Sequence record: NC_048821.1
DNA length: 64,000 nucleotides
Reading direction: 5' to 3' (one strand)
Position 1 is the first letter of the stretch. Each line of letters starts with the position of its first letter. Shown piece by piece: positions 1-10,282 of this stretch. A program made the position numbers and the translations under genes. The notes under the pieces are model-generated. The model had not been told where the DNA came from, made no database searches, and saw only the letters and a list, made by a program, of their open reading frames with translations.

Positions 1-81
1 TTGCCTGATGGCACCCCATTCCAAAAAGCCTGGGTGGTAGGAGATTACTTATTTGGTCTCACCTTTAAAAAGACTCGATAA
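1..81 (+). CDS. 3' end of a gene starting upstream of the window
   Basis: Open frame LPDGTPFQKAWVVGDYLFGLTFKKTR ending TAA at 79-81. Confidence 0.5.
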   Translation: MPDGTPFQKAWVVGDYLFGLTFKKTR

Positions 82-102
82 GTAACTTTAGACTGTGCCT
101 TT

Positions 103-126
103 GAATTTTATTGATCAAAAAACTTC
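103..126. promoter_or_regulatory. Imperfect GATC-centred A/T-tract palindrome
   Basis: GAATTTTATTGATCAAAAAACTTC; shares TTGATCAAAAAACT with the perfect palindrome at 63637-63656. Confidence 0.4.
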
Positions 127-175
127 ACTCTCTCAAAAAAAGTGAAAACTCAGTAAAAATAATAAGGTACAGTCT

Positions 176-628
176 ATGAAAGCGTCACTAGCGGAAATGA
201 TTAAGCGTTTGGTAATCTCACAACACGGTATTAGTTTAGATGGGGAATTCGAAGTCAACTTTGACACCATCAAACAAAACCCAGATTATCCAGATCGTTT
301 CACGGCAGAGGGGTTTAACAACGGCAAACGAATTCCATTATCTTGGAAACGTGTAAGTATCACACCTAAACTCAATGACCTTTGTAACACCCAGGGTGAA
401 CGAAAGCATGGAGAAGAAGGGTTGTACTACGACGAAGGTGCCATGCATCATTATGTTGCTGTTCGTCCTAACCACAAGCTCGAAGACATTAACCGCTTAC
501 TAGGTTCTTCTTTTACGGAAGATCAACTCTTATTTAAACCGGAAGGTTTTGAAGGCCGTTGGGTATTAAACCACCCATGTTATTACGGTCGTATTTTCAC
601 CAACGTCTTGCTACCTGAAGCAAGCTAA
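176..628 (+). CDS. Hypothetical protein (150 aa)
   Basis: ORF with AAGGT SD; first of a four-gene run. Confidence 0.75.
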   Translation: MKASLAEMIKRLVISQHGISLDGEFEVNFDTIKQNPDYPDRFTAEGFNNGKRIPLSWKRVSITPKLNDLCNTQGERKHGEEGLYYDEGAMHHYVAVRPNHKLEDINRLLGSSFTEDQLLFKPEGFEGRWVLNHPCYYGRIFTNVLLPEAS

Positions 629-648
629 TAGATTAAGGTTTTATAACC

Positions 649-1173
649 ATGAGCAAGGAAATAATTTTTATAAAAATGGCAGAGGATTTTGCTAGTTCAG
701 TTGTCTCTCTACGTAAAAGCAGTGAGTCTGCTTGTTTGCGTGGAATCTCTACTCGGCTTAATGATGCTCGTCGTCAAGTACATCGTGAAGTAACACACCT
801 AGGGGCGAAACCGGGAACACTCACTGTTTCCAACTGCATTCAAATGACGGTTTTACCTAAAGGGTTTACTTCTACACTGAACACCAAACTCGGTCTCAAG
901 AACGGACTCAAGTACAAAGAGTTCCCTGTCACCAATGATTTGAAGCGGGTATTACCGGAAGAGTTTTTCCGTCATATTTGCGTAGAGTCTTACCGTCTTG
1001 CTAAAGAAGAAAATGGTAAGTACTTTACAGGTGAAGATTTACAAGAACGCTTTGTAGACCAACTCAATAATCATTTACCTGAAGACAGTCGTTTGGGATT
1101 AAGTGGGACGATATTCAACCCCCACACTCCTAGCGCGTCTTTTAACCTAGTGTTAACGGATTTGGTAGAATGA
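649..1173 (+). CDS. Hypothetical protein (174 aa)
   Basis: ORF, tight packing. Confidence 0.75.
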   Translation: MSKEIIFIKMAEDFASSVVSLRKSSESACLRGISTRLNDARRQVHREVTHLGAKPGTLTVSNCIQMTVLPKGFTSTLNTKLGLKNGLKYKEFPVTNDLKRVLPEEFFRHICVESYRLAKEENGKYFTGEDLQERFVDQLNNHLPEDSRLGLSGTIFNPHTPSASFNLVLTDLVE

Positions 1174-1174
1174 T

Positions 1175-1672
1175 ATGGATACTGACCTCCCTGACCTCCC
1201 TGATGACATAGACGTCTCCAGGTCGGCATTGTACTCGCACCAACAATACTGGTGTGTGGTGGAAAAACGGGAAGGTAAGTGGTTAGGTTACGTTGGTTCC
1301 TCCGGTAAGGGGAACCAACGTACCAAGTATGCTGCTTTTACTATTTTCCGACCAGTTCACTCTAACGATCTAGTTAGTGTGTTATTTGAATTCTTAACCA
1401 ACCAACATTTATTTAATCAGTTCAGTCGTCGAACTTACAAGTTCGTATTAGCGACTTTAAAACAATTACTCGACACTTTAGATGAAACAGAGTGGAAGGT
1501 AAATTATCGTAATCGTAAGGCATCCCTCTACTTAAAAGAAGGTCGTAAGATCGGATTGAAGGTAGCAGGTACACACAATCTTATTTTAAACATAGATGAC
1601 TGGAAACCAAGCATAGTAGATAAACGAGTCTTTCAGCATCATCACTTCATTAAGGAATCTTTCCATGCATAA
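1175..1672 (+). CDS. Hypothetical protein (165 aa)
   Basis: ORF, 1-nt gap from the previous gene. Confidence 0.75.
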   Translation: MDTDLPDLPDDIDVSRSALYSHQQYWCVVEKREGKWLGYVGSSGKGNQRTKYAAFTIFRPVHSNDLVSVLFEFLTNQHLFNQFSRRTYKFVLATLKQLLDTLDETEWKVNYRNRKASLYLKEGRKIGLKVAGTHNLILNIDDWKPSIVDKRVFQHHHFIKESFHA

Positions 1673-2156
1673 AGAAACTATTTTTAAGGGACGTCGTTTT
1701 TCTCTTAGCACACAAACCACTTCTACAATTGAATCAGAGATGAGTGGGAATTACGGGGTCTTAGTGATCTCCCTTGATAACGGTCAGGAAACTACCACCA
1801 TTAGACGCACTTATCCAAAAAGCTTCATCGACGGGTTTTATGGTAGTGAAGAATGGGGTCCGCAAAACTTAACCCAAATCTTATTGGGGTTATTCTTGAT
1901 TGAACCTAATGGTGTGATCACGCTAAGCCGCACACCTCGCACTTGTCTATCCATACTCATTAATGTATACCGTGAAGAGTTCTGCATCCAAGGTTGCTAC
2001 TTCTATACCAAGTTAGACTTCAGTATGGATTACGTTCGAATTTCTTCTCAAATCGAAGAAGACGTTATGATCGAAACCCCTAACATTCGTGAACTTACGA
2101 CCACGATGCTAACCGTGATCATGGAAGCTTCAGAACGTTACTCTAAAAAGCGATAA
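1665..2156 (+). CDS. Hypothetical protein (163 aa)
   Basis: ORF overlapping the previous stop; AAGGA SD. Confidence 0.75.
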   Translation: MHKETIFKGRRFSLSTQTTSTIESEMSGNYGVLVISLDNGQETTTIRRTYPKSFIDGFYGSEEWGPQNLTQILLGLFLIEPNGVITLSRTPRTCLSILINVYREEFCIQGCYFYTKLDFSMDYVRISSQIEEDVMIETPNIRELTTTMLTVIMEASERYSKKR

Positions 2157-2161
2157 ACATG

Positions 2162-2196
2162 TATAATCTCCTACCCACACAGGGTAGGAGATTATA
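2162..2196. terminator. Probable bidirectional intrinsic terminator
   Basis: 15-bp stem TATAATCTCCTACCC/GGGTAGGAGATTATA between convergent genes, T-tract downstream. Confidence 0.8.
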
Positions 2197-2210
2197 GTTA
2201 CTTTATTTTT

Positions 2211-4976
2211 TTAGAACAAATCCATAGGACTAGCGGAGGTAACAACTTTTGGTACGAATGCTGCTTCATCCCATAATACTTTATCAGGATCGAATAAATC
2301 CTCCGTACCAGCCACACCCACTAAGGTGACATCATCACCGTGTTGCACTGACATGATTTGTGCAACTTGCTGCTTACTCCACTCCATGATATCCAAGTTA
2401 CGACCAGTGACGTTTTCACGCCCATTGGTGTCTAACTCGAAAATGTATGCGAAGGTTGGCGCGGTTTGACCCTGACGGTGGACACGAGCAATGGTTTGAG
2501 TCATAATGTACTCTCGCCAAGGTGCGTTCATACACAACACCTGGTTAGCCATAAGTAGAGGATAACCGGTAGATAAAGATTTGAACGTCGTGATCAGAGG
2601 GTTCTTGGCATCCTTCAGTTCAAACTCTTTAACTAGACGATCTCGATCGTTTGTGTTTTCTCCGTAAACGAAGATAGTATCGTAACCCTGACGACTCAAG
2701 TAGTCATCACATTCGTAGACTACGTCAACGTGATCCGTAAAGATCAACGTTTTCTTTTCTACATGATCAATGTACTTAGGGAGATCGGCATATTCCACCA
2801 AAGCCTTAACAGCTTCGATACGAGCTTTACCCAACACGTTACCTAACGCTTCACCTTGTATCTTCAGACCAACGTATTTAACAATGGACTTAGCATTACG
2901 GAAGTGTTTGCGGTCAGTAGGTGCCATCCAAGTTTCGATATCCAACTCAATAGCCTTTGCACGTTTAGACAATTCCGCGTCAGTAAAGTTATTGTAACCT
3001 TCTTTACGGAATTTATTTACGATGGTGAGGTACTCATCTAATTCGGCTAAAGCTTGCAAGTCATTACGCTTACTACAATAAACACGATAATCGGAAATCA
3101 CTTGGTTAAAGTAATCAACGTATTTATCCATGTTGTTAGAGTAATACTTGTAGCGGTCTTGGATGTAAGTTTGCATCTGATTACGGATGGAATCCAAAGT
3201 GAAGTGTTCCGCATTAGGGACTTTAACCTTGACTCGTTCCGCAGGAGGTGCGTCACCCATACCGTCTAATACCGCAATGGTGTATTTCTCTGCACCGATA
3301 CGGTGAGCCAACAGCTCATTAAGTTTGTCGCGAGAACGACCATAACCGTCCAGAAAGGCTTTACGAACGTTACCCTTAAAGAACCCATCAATAAGACAAA
3401 AGACCGCGTACGACTCTTTACCAATGCCTTTAATAGGAGTACCTGACATAGGTAATGCGTCTGTGAACTTGTAGACTTCATTATACTCGATGAGTTTCTT
3501 AGTCCGTTTAGAGTTAGGGTCGTTGAAGTTGTGACATTCGTCGACGATCATTTTAAACGCAGGATTCCCGGCATTAAACTGATTAATCATTCTCATGTAT
3601 TTGTCACACAACGGATCCAACATAAACTCATAATGGATAAAGTAATACTCGTCGTCTTTTTGAGGGGGACGTCCCATTTTAGAATGCCAGAACTTCGGTG
3701 GTTTAACCCATACTTCATGTTTGATGTTATTGGTCATGTGGTTCGCCCACACTTCGTCAATCACGTTGAGAGGAACAAACCCAACAGTCTTACCTTTGGG
3801 TAACGATTCAGCCCACATCAAAGATAACGCCGTGTTATGGGTCACGATGTAGTCATCGGTGATGTAAAGATGATCAGGACCTTCCACCATTATACATTGG
3901 GTGAGTTGGTCTTCTTTTCGGGTGATGTTCTTGATTCGAATACGGTCAAGCCCTAAATGGGTTTCTACCAACCATCCATCAGATTCAGGGATTAACTTGG
4001 CGTGGTGACCTAGACTGCGAGCCACTTCTACCACTAAGTTAGCCAAGTGTTCGTCGTCAAAACGTCCATGAGCTTGACCTGGTTCTAGGACTCCGCGTAA
4101 CCAAGAATAACGTTCGTCGTTTGTGGTTTTGTGGATCAGGTCACGGTCATAACCGTTCTTAGCTCCTACACGAAGAGACATGCCTTGGTTAAACCAACTA
4201 GGGATGAGTTCTTCCGGTATGATAGAGTCGATCAAAGGTATGTAGTGAGGTTGGTCAGCGTAGGTGTCCATGATGTCTTGGGTTTCTTTTACTAACCATT
4301 CGCCATCAACATACACTTTCCATAAGTGCTCTGGGTTACACTGAGTTTTACGGCCATCTTCTAGTTCTACTTCAACGACTTCGGTAAGTCCCTGAGGATA
4401 GACACCCAATACCGTGGTATATCCTCCGTCCGGAGTCTCTATGACTTTACCACGATACATCTCACCCATGGTAGACCAACCACCTGGAACTTTGATTTTC
4501 GCATTTAATGGCTGAGCTTTACCACTACCTGCTTTACCGTCTAACAACAAACCTTTTAGGTGGTACGATTCTTTGCGGGAAGTGTATGTTTCTAGGAATC
4601 GGAGTTGTGGGTCCAGAGGTTTAAGTTTAACTGTGCGTTTTAACTTATTGTAATCAAACGTAGATGGTTTAGGGACCATGGTGTCCAGTATCCACGTCTC
4701 AGTTTGAATAAGCTCTTGAACTTTCTTTAGATCTCGACGATTCACCCGTGTACTTTTTAACTGCAAGAGTTTAGTTATTAGGTGATTGAGCTCCAAAAGG
4801 AAAAATGACTTGACTTCGAATTTACGTGAGTTAATTCGATTCATCATATACTTCGTTACGGTCGTGGTTCCGTAAAGTCTAATTATGTCCTGTTCGAAAG
4901 GTCGCCACGATAACCCGCTGATAATAGCACGATTATCGTCAACCTCGATACTAGGTCCGAATAAACCACTAAACAT
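2211..4976 (-). CDS. SF2 (SNF2/DEAD-like) helicase containing an intein
   Basis: Walker A GKAGSGK|T split by an intein; DECH motif II; SGTP motif III; C-terminal STG..L and QTIARVHRQGQ motifs. Confidence 0.9.
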   Translation of the reverse strand: MFSGLFGPSIEVDDNRAIISGLSWRPFEQDIIRLYGTTTVTKYMMNRINSRKFEVKSFFLLELNHLITKLLQLKSTRVNRRDLKKVQELIQTETWILDTMVPKPSTFDYNKLKRTVKLKPLDPQLRFLETYTSRKESYHLKGLLLDGKAGSGKAQPLNAKIKVPGGWSTMGEMYRGKVIETPDGGYTTVLGVYPQGLTEVVEVELEDGRKTQCNPEHLWKVYVDGEWLVKETQDIMDTYADQPHYIPLIDSIIPEELIPSWFNQGMSLRVGAKNGYDRDLIHKTTNDERYSWLRGVLEPGQAHGRFDDEHLANLVVEVARSLGHHAKLIPESDGWLVETHLGLDRIRIKNITRKEDQLTQCIMVEGPDHLYITDDYIVTHNTALSLMWAESLPKGKTVGFVPLNVIDEVWANHMTNNIKHEVWVKPPKFWHSKMGRPPQKDDEYYFIHYEFMLDPLCDKYMRMINQFNAGNPAFKMIVDECHNFNDPNSKRTKKLIEYNEVYKFTDALPMSGTPIKGIGKESYAVFCLIDGFFKGNVRKAFLDGYGRSRDKLNELLAHRIGAEKYTIAVLDGMGDAPPAERVKVKVPNAEHFTLDSIRNQMQTYIQDRYKYYSNNMDKYVDYFNQVISDYRVYCSKRNDLQALAELDEYLTIVNKFRKEGYNNFTDAELSKRAKAIELDIETWMAPTDRKHFRNAKSIVKYVGLKIQGEALGNVLGKARIEAVKALVEYADLPKYIDHVEKKTLIFTDHVDVVYECDDYLSRQGYDTIFVYGENTNDRDRLVKEFELKDAKNPLITTFKSLSTGYPLLMANQVLCMNAPWREYIMTQTIARVHRQGQTAPTFAYIFELDTNGRENVTGRNLDIMEWSKQQVAQIMSVQHGDDVTLVGVAGTEDLFDPDKVLWDEAAFVPKVVTSASPMDLF
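3834..4517 (-). mobile_element. Intein (228 aa, Ala1 start, class 3-type) with degenerate LAGLIDADG remnant
   Basis: Residues 154-381: starts AQPLNAKI, block B CNPEHLW, block F QCIMV, ends IVTHN followed by Thr(+1); inserted in the P-loop. Confidence 0.9.
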
Positions 4977-5023
4977 ATTAACCTCTTATTATAGTTTAAA
5001 TCAAAAAGAAAAAGGAAACTGAC

Positions 5024-6382
5024 ATGACTAAGTCAAAACCTAACCACGAACTTTGGAAACTGTTTGTCTACGTTGCGGAAGCACTCAGTGAACGCACATT
5101 CGTCATGCCGGTTATGGAACACGGGACTATGGCACTATCCCACACTGGTATTGACCCAGAAGACATGGAGATCACTATCAGTGAACACGAGTACTTGCCG
5201 ATGACTCGTATTCGTGTGGACTTCAACCTTCCAGTTGAATTGGAAGAGTACTTAAAGTCCGACGACCCGGCAATGCCTGCTGGAGCTAAAGATCTTAAGA
5301 AATGGTTCGATGAGCGCGGTCCTGTAGAGTACTTAATCTACAACGTGATGGTGAAAACCATTCTGGAACAACTTACCGAAATCCGCAAAGGTATGAGTGA
5401 AGCGACTACCTATGAAGATCAAACTAAGTTGAAAGAGCTGATCAAGTTCCTAGCCAACCTGAGCATGGAAGACGTCGCAGAAGATGTACGAAAACATCGT
5501 AACAAACATTACCCAATGGTAGTAAACCGTGTCTTTAATGTAACCGTTCAAGAACCATCTGATGAATGGATTGCAGAACACTTTGGTGACATGACAGCAC
5601 ACGACGTACAACACGTTGAGACTGTAGTAAACCGCAACGCTAAGCGTATTGCAGACAGTCTAGGTAAGATTGGTGATTTGGTCAACAACTGGTCTGGTAA
5701 GACTGAACAAGTCAAGGATAATGACTTATGGTTCTCACTCAACATCGAAGATCATAAAATCACTCTAGGCTTAGACTTCCAACCTTACCGTTCTGAATCA
5801 GATTTTGTTATTGAACGCTCCCCGGTCGATCTTGAAAAATGGGGTGAAGATAACAATGACCGTGATATCTTATCTAAGATCCAAAACCACATTGATGACA
5901 TGAATATTGTTATTGGTAACTTGCTGAATTACAACACTGGTTATGAAGTGTTGAACAAAGAAATTGAACAATTGTACATCCGTTCTATCCACCACCCTAT
6001 CGCTAAACACACTGTTCGTGTTTGGGGTTTTGATGATGTGTGTGAAGCAGGTCGTGCTAAGATTGATGAAGAGATTTCTTGGATGCTGGAAACCATCAAT
6101 GATCTATCGACTCAGATGTCTCGTGAAGTGAAGCTGGATATTTCTAACATGTACTTACACACTACACAAGACGGTGAAACTTTCATCTTGCCACACGACG
6201 AACAGTTAGTAGCAAAACGTTGTCAGACTTACTCAGGTACGTTCTACGATGCATTACAGCAACATCTGTACGATGTGGAGACTGAACTGTTTGCACCTTA
6301 CACTAACGTGAAGCCAGCTGATTTAGAGTCTAACAACGTCATCACCGAAGAAGACTTGCTTAACTCTCCTACCATCCATTAA
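5024..6382 (+). CDS. Hypothetical protein (452 aa)
   Basis: Long ORF with AAGGA SD; no recognised motif. Confidence 0.8.
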   Translation: MTKSKPNHELWKLFVYVAEALSERTFVMPVMEHGTMALSHTGIDPEDMEITISEHEYLPMTRIRVDFNLPVELEEYLKSDDPAMPAGAKDLKKWFDERGPVEYLIYNVMVKTILEQLTEIRKGMSEATTYEDQTKLKELIKFLANLSMEDVAEDVRKHRNKHYPMVVNRVFNVTVQEPSDEWIAEHFGDMTAHDVQHVETVVNRNAKRIADSLGKIGDLVNNWSGKTEQVKDNDLWFSLNIEDHKITLGLDFQPYRSESDFVIERSPVDLEKWGEDNNDRDILSKIQNHIDDMNIVIGNLLNYNTGYEVLNKEIEQLYIRSIHHPIAKHTVRVWGFDDVCEAGRAKIDEEISWMLETINDLSTQMSREVKLDISNMYLHTTQDGETFILPHDEQLVAKRCQTYSGTFYDALQQHLYDVETELFAPYTNVKPADLESNNVITEEDLLNSPTIH

Positions 6383-6433
6383 TAATGTTATGGGGACACG
6401 GTCCCCTTATCATTTAATTAACAGGAGACAATC

Positions 6434-6721
6434 ATGTCAGCGATTATTAATCATGCGGTAGCTTCAGGTAAAGTGGGTCGCGGTCAAGCTATTCAGGTTA
6501 ACGGTAAGTTCGATGGCTTAGCTCAACCGCATCTAGTGACTTTGTCTTTGGACGATAAAGTAGTGACAGAAGTTTACACAGACCAACAAGGTTACTTCAG
6601 TGCTGAGCTAGATTCCAAAGGTTTGAGTGTCGGTGCTCATACTGTATCTTACTTTCTAGAAGAAAACACTGAAGCAGGTCACGAGCACAAAGGTGACATT
6701 AAAGTTCGCGTGACTAAGTAA
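6434..6721 (+). CDS. Stand-alone Ig-like domain protein (95 aa)
   Basis: Beta-strand pattern VTLSLDDKVV..TDQQGYFSAELDSKGLSVGAHTV; AGGAG SD; hairpins on both sides. Confidence 0.65.
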   Translation: MSAIINHAVASGKVGRGQAIQVNGKFDGLAQPHLVTLSLDDKVVTEVYTDQQGYFSAELDSKGLSVGAHTVSYFLEENTEAGHEHKGDIKVRVTK

Positions 6722-6726
6722 CAGTT

Positions 6727-6764
6727 AATAACTCCCTACTCCTTCACGGGAGTAGGGAGTTATT
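6727..6764 (+). terminator. Intrinsic terminator (CTACTCC/GGAGTAG family)
   Basis: 16-bp stem, loop TTCACG, T-rich tail. Confidence 0.85.
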
Positions 6765-6785
6765 TGTTTTCTGTAAATTTTAACA

Positions 6786-6803
6786 GGTCTATATTACTAT
6801 GGT
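6786..6803 (+). promoter_or_regulatory. Putative early (virion RNAP) promoter
   Basis: TATATTAC at 6790-6797 followed by TATGGTG, after an A/T tract; matches the phiKZ-type early motif. Confidence 0.65.
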
Positions 6804-6852
6804 GTATGAATCCATACACTATTTATTTCATTTAATTTAAAGGATAAACATC

Positions 6853-7608
6853 ATGTCCAATAAACACATTAAAAACGTTATCACTTCAGGCCGTTACGTT
6901 CCAGAGAAAGGTAAGTTCGGTATTACTTTCACTATTATCGATTGTGAAGGTAAAGAAGTTTCCCTGCTCGTAAACAACGAAGAAGTTCATCGCAACTGGA
7001 TTAAAAGCGATCGTTCAGAACACCGAGTGGGTATTGACTTAGAACGCTTCGACCTCACACACTTCACGTTGAAAATCTTAGTACATAAAGACGGTAACCC
7101 TATCGAACTTAAGGGCTTCGAATACGACGTTGTTCCAGAGAGTGTCCTCGCATCGAAAAACATCATTTCGATAGGGGAGAACTTAAAATCGTTGAAACGT
7201 AACCTAGATATCATCACCCACATGGCGTTCCGTGCCAGAATGGATTTCAATAAAGAAAATCCTTCGATGAGAGAGAGCCGAGTCGGCACCAAGTTTTTAG
7301 AGTTCAGTACCCCAGAATTAGAGTACCTGTTCTTTGTACGTAACACCCGTAATAACGGAATGCCTTTGTTAACCATGTACTGTACAGACTTGAATGGCGC
7401 ACAACACGAAGTTAACTTCCGCCTAATGGGCTGGCAAGTAACTCGAGACAAAATCTTAAATACCGTCGCTAAGTCATCGGTGATGAAAGCACTAATTGAT
7501 TTATCTAAGCCTTCTGGCACTAAATCACTGTTACGTCTGGCGGACGATGAGCGATACAAAGAAACCTTACGTGAAACTCTATTAACTGTAACTCGTCATG
7601 AGAAATAA
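6853..7608 (+). CDS. Hypothetical protein (251 aa), beta-rich N-terminal domain
   Basis: ORF with AAGGA SD downstream of the early promoter. Confidence 0.75.
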   Translation: MSNKHIKNVITSGRYVPEKGKFGITFTIIDCEGKEVSLLVNNEEVHRNWIKSDRSEHRVGIDLERFDLTHFTLKILVHKDGNPIELKGFEYDVVPESVLASKNIISIGENLKSLKRNLDIITHMAFRARMDFNKENPSMRESRVGTKFLEFSTPELEYLFFVRNTRNNGMPLLTMYCTDLNGAQHEVNFRLMGWQVTRDKILNTVAKSSVMKALIDLSKPSGTKSLLRLADDERYKETLRETLLTVTRHEK

Positions 7609-7617
7609 GGAAATAAA

Positions 7618-9141
7618 ATGAATAAGAGTATTTTAGCGGCACTGGACGTTTTAGCGACTTCCGTGGAAATGCAAGAACGTCAACTCCAAATCCGCACAGG
7701 TAACCGAGAAATGTTACAAGGTGTTATTGCGGATGCCTTGCTCCCTGAAGAATACCGAGTGAATAACTTTGGTTACGGAGGGCGTGATGAAATTAAACTA
7801 GACCCAGTGTATCGATTAGTTCGTAATAATGATACCTGGGATGATTTCGATCTCCCTAAAGATAAGGAGGGGTGGGAATCATTATTGGATAAAGTTGATC
7901 CAGAGTTAAAGAAAAACGTCACAGTAACAGAACGTCTTACCCTAGACCTGGGTTGGGGTGTGGCTAAAATGGGACTTTGTAGTTTGGAGTGGGTTTATAC
8001 CTTCGTTGGGTTTGATGACTTTAATATCATGAAAACCATATTAAAGCCTAACCCGCTACTGGAAAACGAACTGAATCGTCGAGTCTTGGAGCTGGTGTCT
8101 AACGCACATGACAACACGAGTAATGAAAGAAAGAATTTCATTAACTCGACCAGCGGTGCTTTAAACCGTGCGGTGGATTTACGAAACACTTTAGTGGAGC
8201 GCGGGTTAATACCTTTCTTTGACAAATATAAAAAGGTTCAGGTTGCCTGGGGGCATGTGGATAAACTAATGTCCGGGGTCTCACAAATCCCAATCGATTT
8301 AAATAAGGACAAAGAACTCTTGTTATCTTTGTGTTATTTAAACTATAATTTGGTCGTGGGAGCAAACAATATGGTCGGGCTAACCGAATTCGATAATGGA
8401 AAGTACACTCCTATTGACTTTAACGACCCAGAACAGTTCACACCAAGTGTAGTGAAGGCATTAAACGAAATGCTGGACAAAGTGGACATTCCGGAAACTA
8501 CCGGTAATGTTCGATGGGAAAACCTGAGAGCGGTTCGAAACAATCGCCCGGACTACGGGTTCAGTCCTTGTCACGTTCTTACTATTCGAATTAAAGACAT
8601 GTCCGGTGAGCAACTGACTCGCGATATGTTTATCCACTCCAAGGAACCGTTAGACTCCAAGGTCTTAGGTAAATTAGCTAAGCAAACCCGGGAGTTCGTG
8701 TCTAATGAAACCGCCCTTATGTCTGCGACCACGGATAATTGTAACCTAGTAGAAGGTCACCTTATTAACTTTGTTGAAGCGTTTGGGTTATCCAACAACG
8801 TAGAGTTAAAGGTAACACGTCGTCACCAGGTGATCGTTTATCTTGGGGAAGACAAGACATACTCGTTTGAGTCACGTAAGGGAGTCTCTCCGGCCTTTAT
8901 TGATTTCATGCATAAACTATGTGGTGTTGAATTAAAACCTCTCCACGAGCTTCCTGAGGACCTTAAACAGGACTTAGGACCTTATACTTGTATGGACGCA
9001 AGACATACGACAGTTTTGTGTAAAACCAATGATGTCGAATTCCCTGAAACTCATCTCCTGGATCAAATCATAGATAGACTCAGTACTTCTGGAAACCTTA
9101 ACGAAGACTGGATTTATAACACCGTAAACGAAATCATTTAA
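7618..9141 (+). CDS. Hypothetical protein (507 aa)
   Basis: Long ORF, AAGGA SD. Confidence 0.8.
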   Translation: MNKSILAALDVLATSVEMQERQLQIRTGNREMLQGVIADALLPEEYRVNNFGYGGRDEIKLDPVYRLVRNNDTWDDFDLPKDKEGWESLLDKVDPELKKNVTVTERLTLDLGWGVAKMGLCSLEWVYTFVGFDDFNIMKTILKPNPLLENELNRRVLELVSNAHDNTSNERKNFINSTSGALNRAVDLRNTLVERGLIPFFDKYKKVQVAWGHVDKLMSGVSQIPIDLNKDKELLLSLCYLNYNLVVGANNMVGLTEFDNGKYTPIDFNDPEQFTPSVVKALNEMLDKVDIPETTGNVRWENLRAVRNNRPDYGFSPCHVLTIRIKDMSGEQLTRDMFIHSKEPLDSKVLGKLAKQTREFVSNETALMSATTDNCNLVEGHLINFVEAFGLSNNVELKVTRRHQVIVYLGEDKTYSFESRKGVSPAFIDFMHKLCGVELKPLHELPEDLKQDLGPYTCMDARHTTVLCKTNDVEFPETHLLDQIIDRLSTSGNLNEDWIYNTVNEII

Positions 9142-9190
9142 ACTCACCAAGGGGGTGTTGTCACCCCCATCTCTTGTAAGGATTATTCCA

Positions 9191-10282
9191 ATGAAAAAAC
9201 TGTACGCAGAACTTGACTACCGAATTCACCCGGCTTCAATCAACAACACACTTTACGTTTATGCAGATGAGAGTCTATTCGGTAAAACTCTGTTGGTTTA
9301 CGTTACCACGACGCTCGACGAGTTAGGGGAGCATGAAGAAGAACTTCCAGTGTTGGATCGCGGCACCACCGTGTACCATGAACTACTGGAGTCAGATATC
9401 ACCACCGTTAGTCTCCGCAGTACCAGCCTTCCTAAGGGTCATACTTACGAGGTGAATGTTCATGTGTTGGATGACAACGATGAATCGGTAGCTGAAGTTA
9501 AAGACCTTCTAGTTCATCATCCAGAAGACTTCGATCTAGAAAAACATTTGAAAAATAATGCTCAAACTACACTAGATCGATTTGAGGTCATTACTGGTGG
9601 ATTAAACTACTGGGGTGGTGAGGACGTTACGTTATTTGATTCTTACATCGCTGGTAGACAATTAGAGATCCGTTCGGTTGTGGGGCGTTGGGTGTTAACC
9701 ACTTACCTGGCTTTAGAGGAAATCGAAGTAGTAGACAGCGCGCCGACTTTCCAAGAACTCTTTAAACGTATTAAGGGGAATGGTGATCTGAAAGACATCA
9801 TAGACTCCGGTCTTTTATTTGAGCGTTTCATGTCACCTATTACTTTTGATAAGACCACAAAAGTTTTCAGTTCTCGTGTGCGTTTGATGGAGGACTTTGT
9901 CTTCAAAAATATCGACGACCACATCAAAGAAGTTCGAACGGTAGTCACCGCACAAGTTCCACCTGAAGTTGAAACAGAAGAAGACTTGGACAAATTCATT
10001 GAAGAAGTGAAAACTTCTATTAACCCTAAGTTTTCTATTTTAGATTACATGAGTTTTGTGGGTGAGTTGGAAGGCCGATTCGAAGAAGGGTTCGATCAAG
10101 TTATAGATCGTCGCTTGTTCTTAAATTTGTTTTCTTCTAACTTCGTTAAACACTTGAAGGGTTTCGATATCGAACCGGAATGGTTAGAGCGTGATTACTA
10201 CCTGTCCTTCCATCTCCGTGATGGTAAGTGGGAGTACGAAGGTAACCAGAATGTGAAGGAGCTACTGGAACATGTCTCATAA
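9191..10282 (+). CDS. Hypothetical protein, beta-rich N-terminal domain
   Basis: ATG at 9191 with AAGGA SD preferred over the track start at 9155. Confidence 0.75.
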   Translation: MKKLYAELDYRIHPASINNTLYVYADESLFGKTLLVYVTTTLDELGEHEEELPVLDRGTTVYHELLESDITTVSLRSTSLPKGHTYEVNVHVLDDNDESVAEVKDLLVHHPEDFDLEKHLKNNAQTTLDRFEVITGGLNYWGGEDVTLFDSYIAGRQLEIRSVVGRWVLTTYLALEEIEVVDSAPTFQELFKRIKGNGDLKDIIDSGLLFERFMSPITFDKTTKVFSSRVRLMEDFVFKNIDDHIKEVRTVVTAQVPPEVETEEDLDKFIEEVKTSINPKFSILDYMSFVGELEGRFEEGFDQVIDRRLFLNLFSSNFVKHLKGFDIEPEWLERDYYLSFHLRDGKWEYEGNQNVKELLEHVS

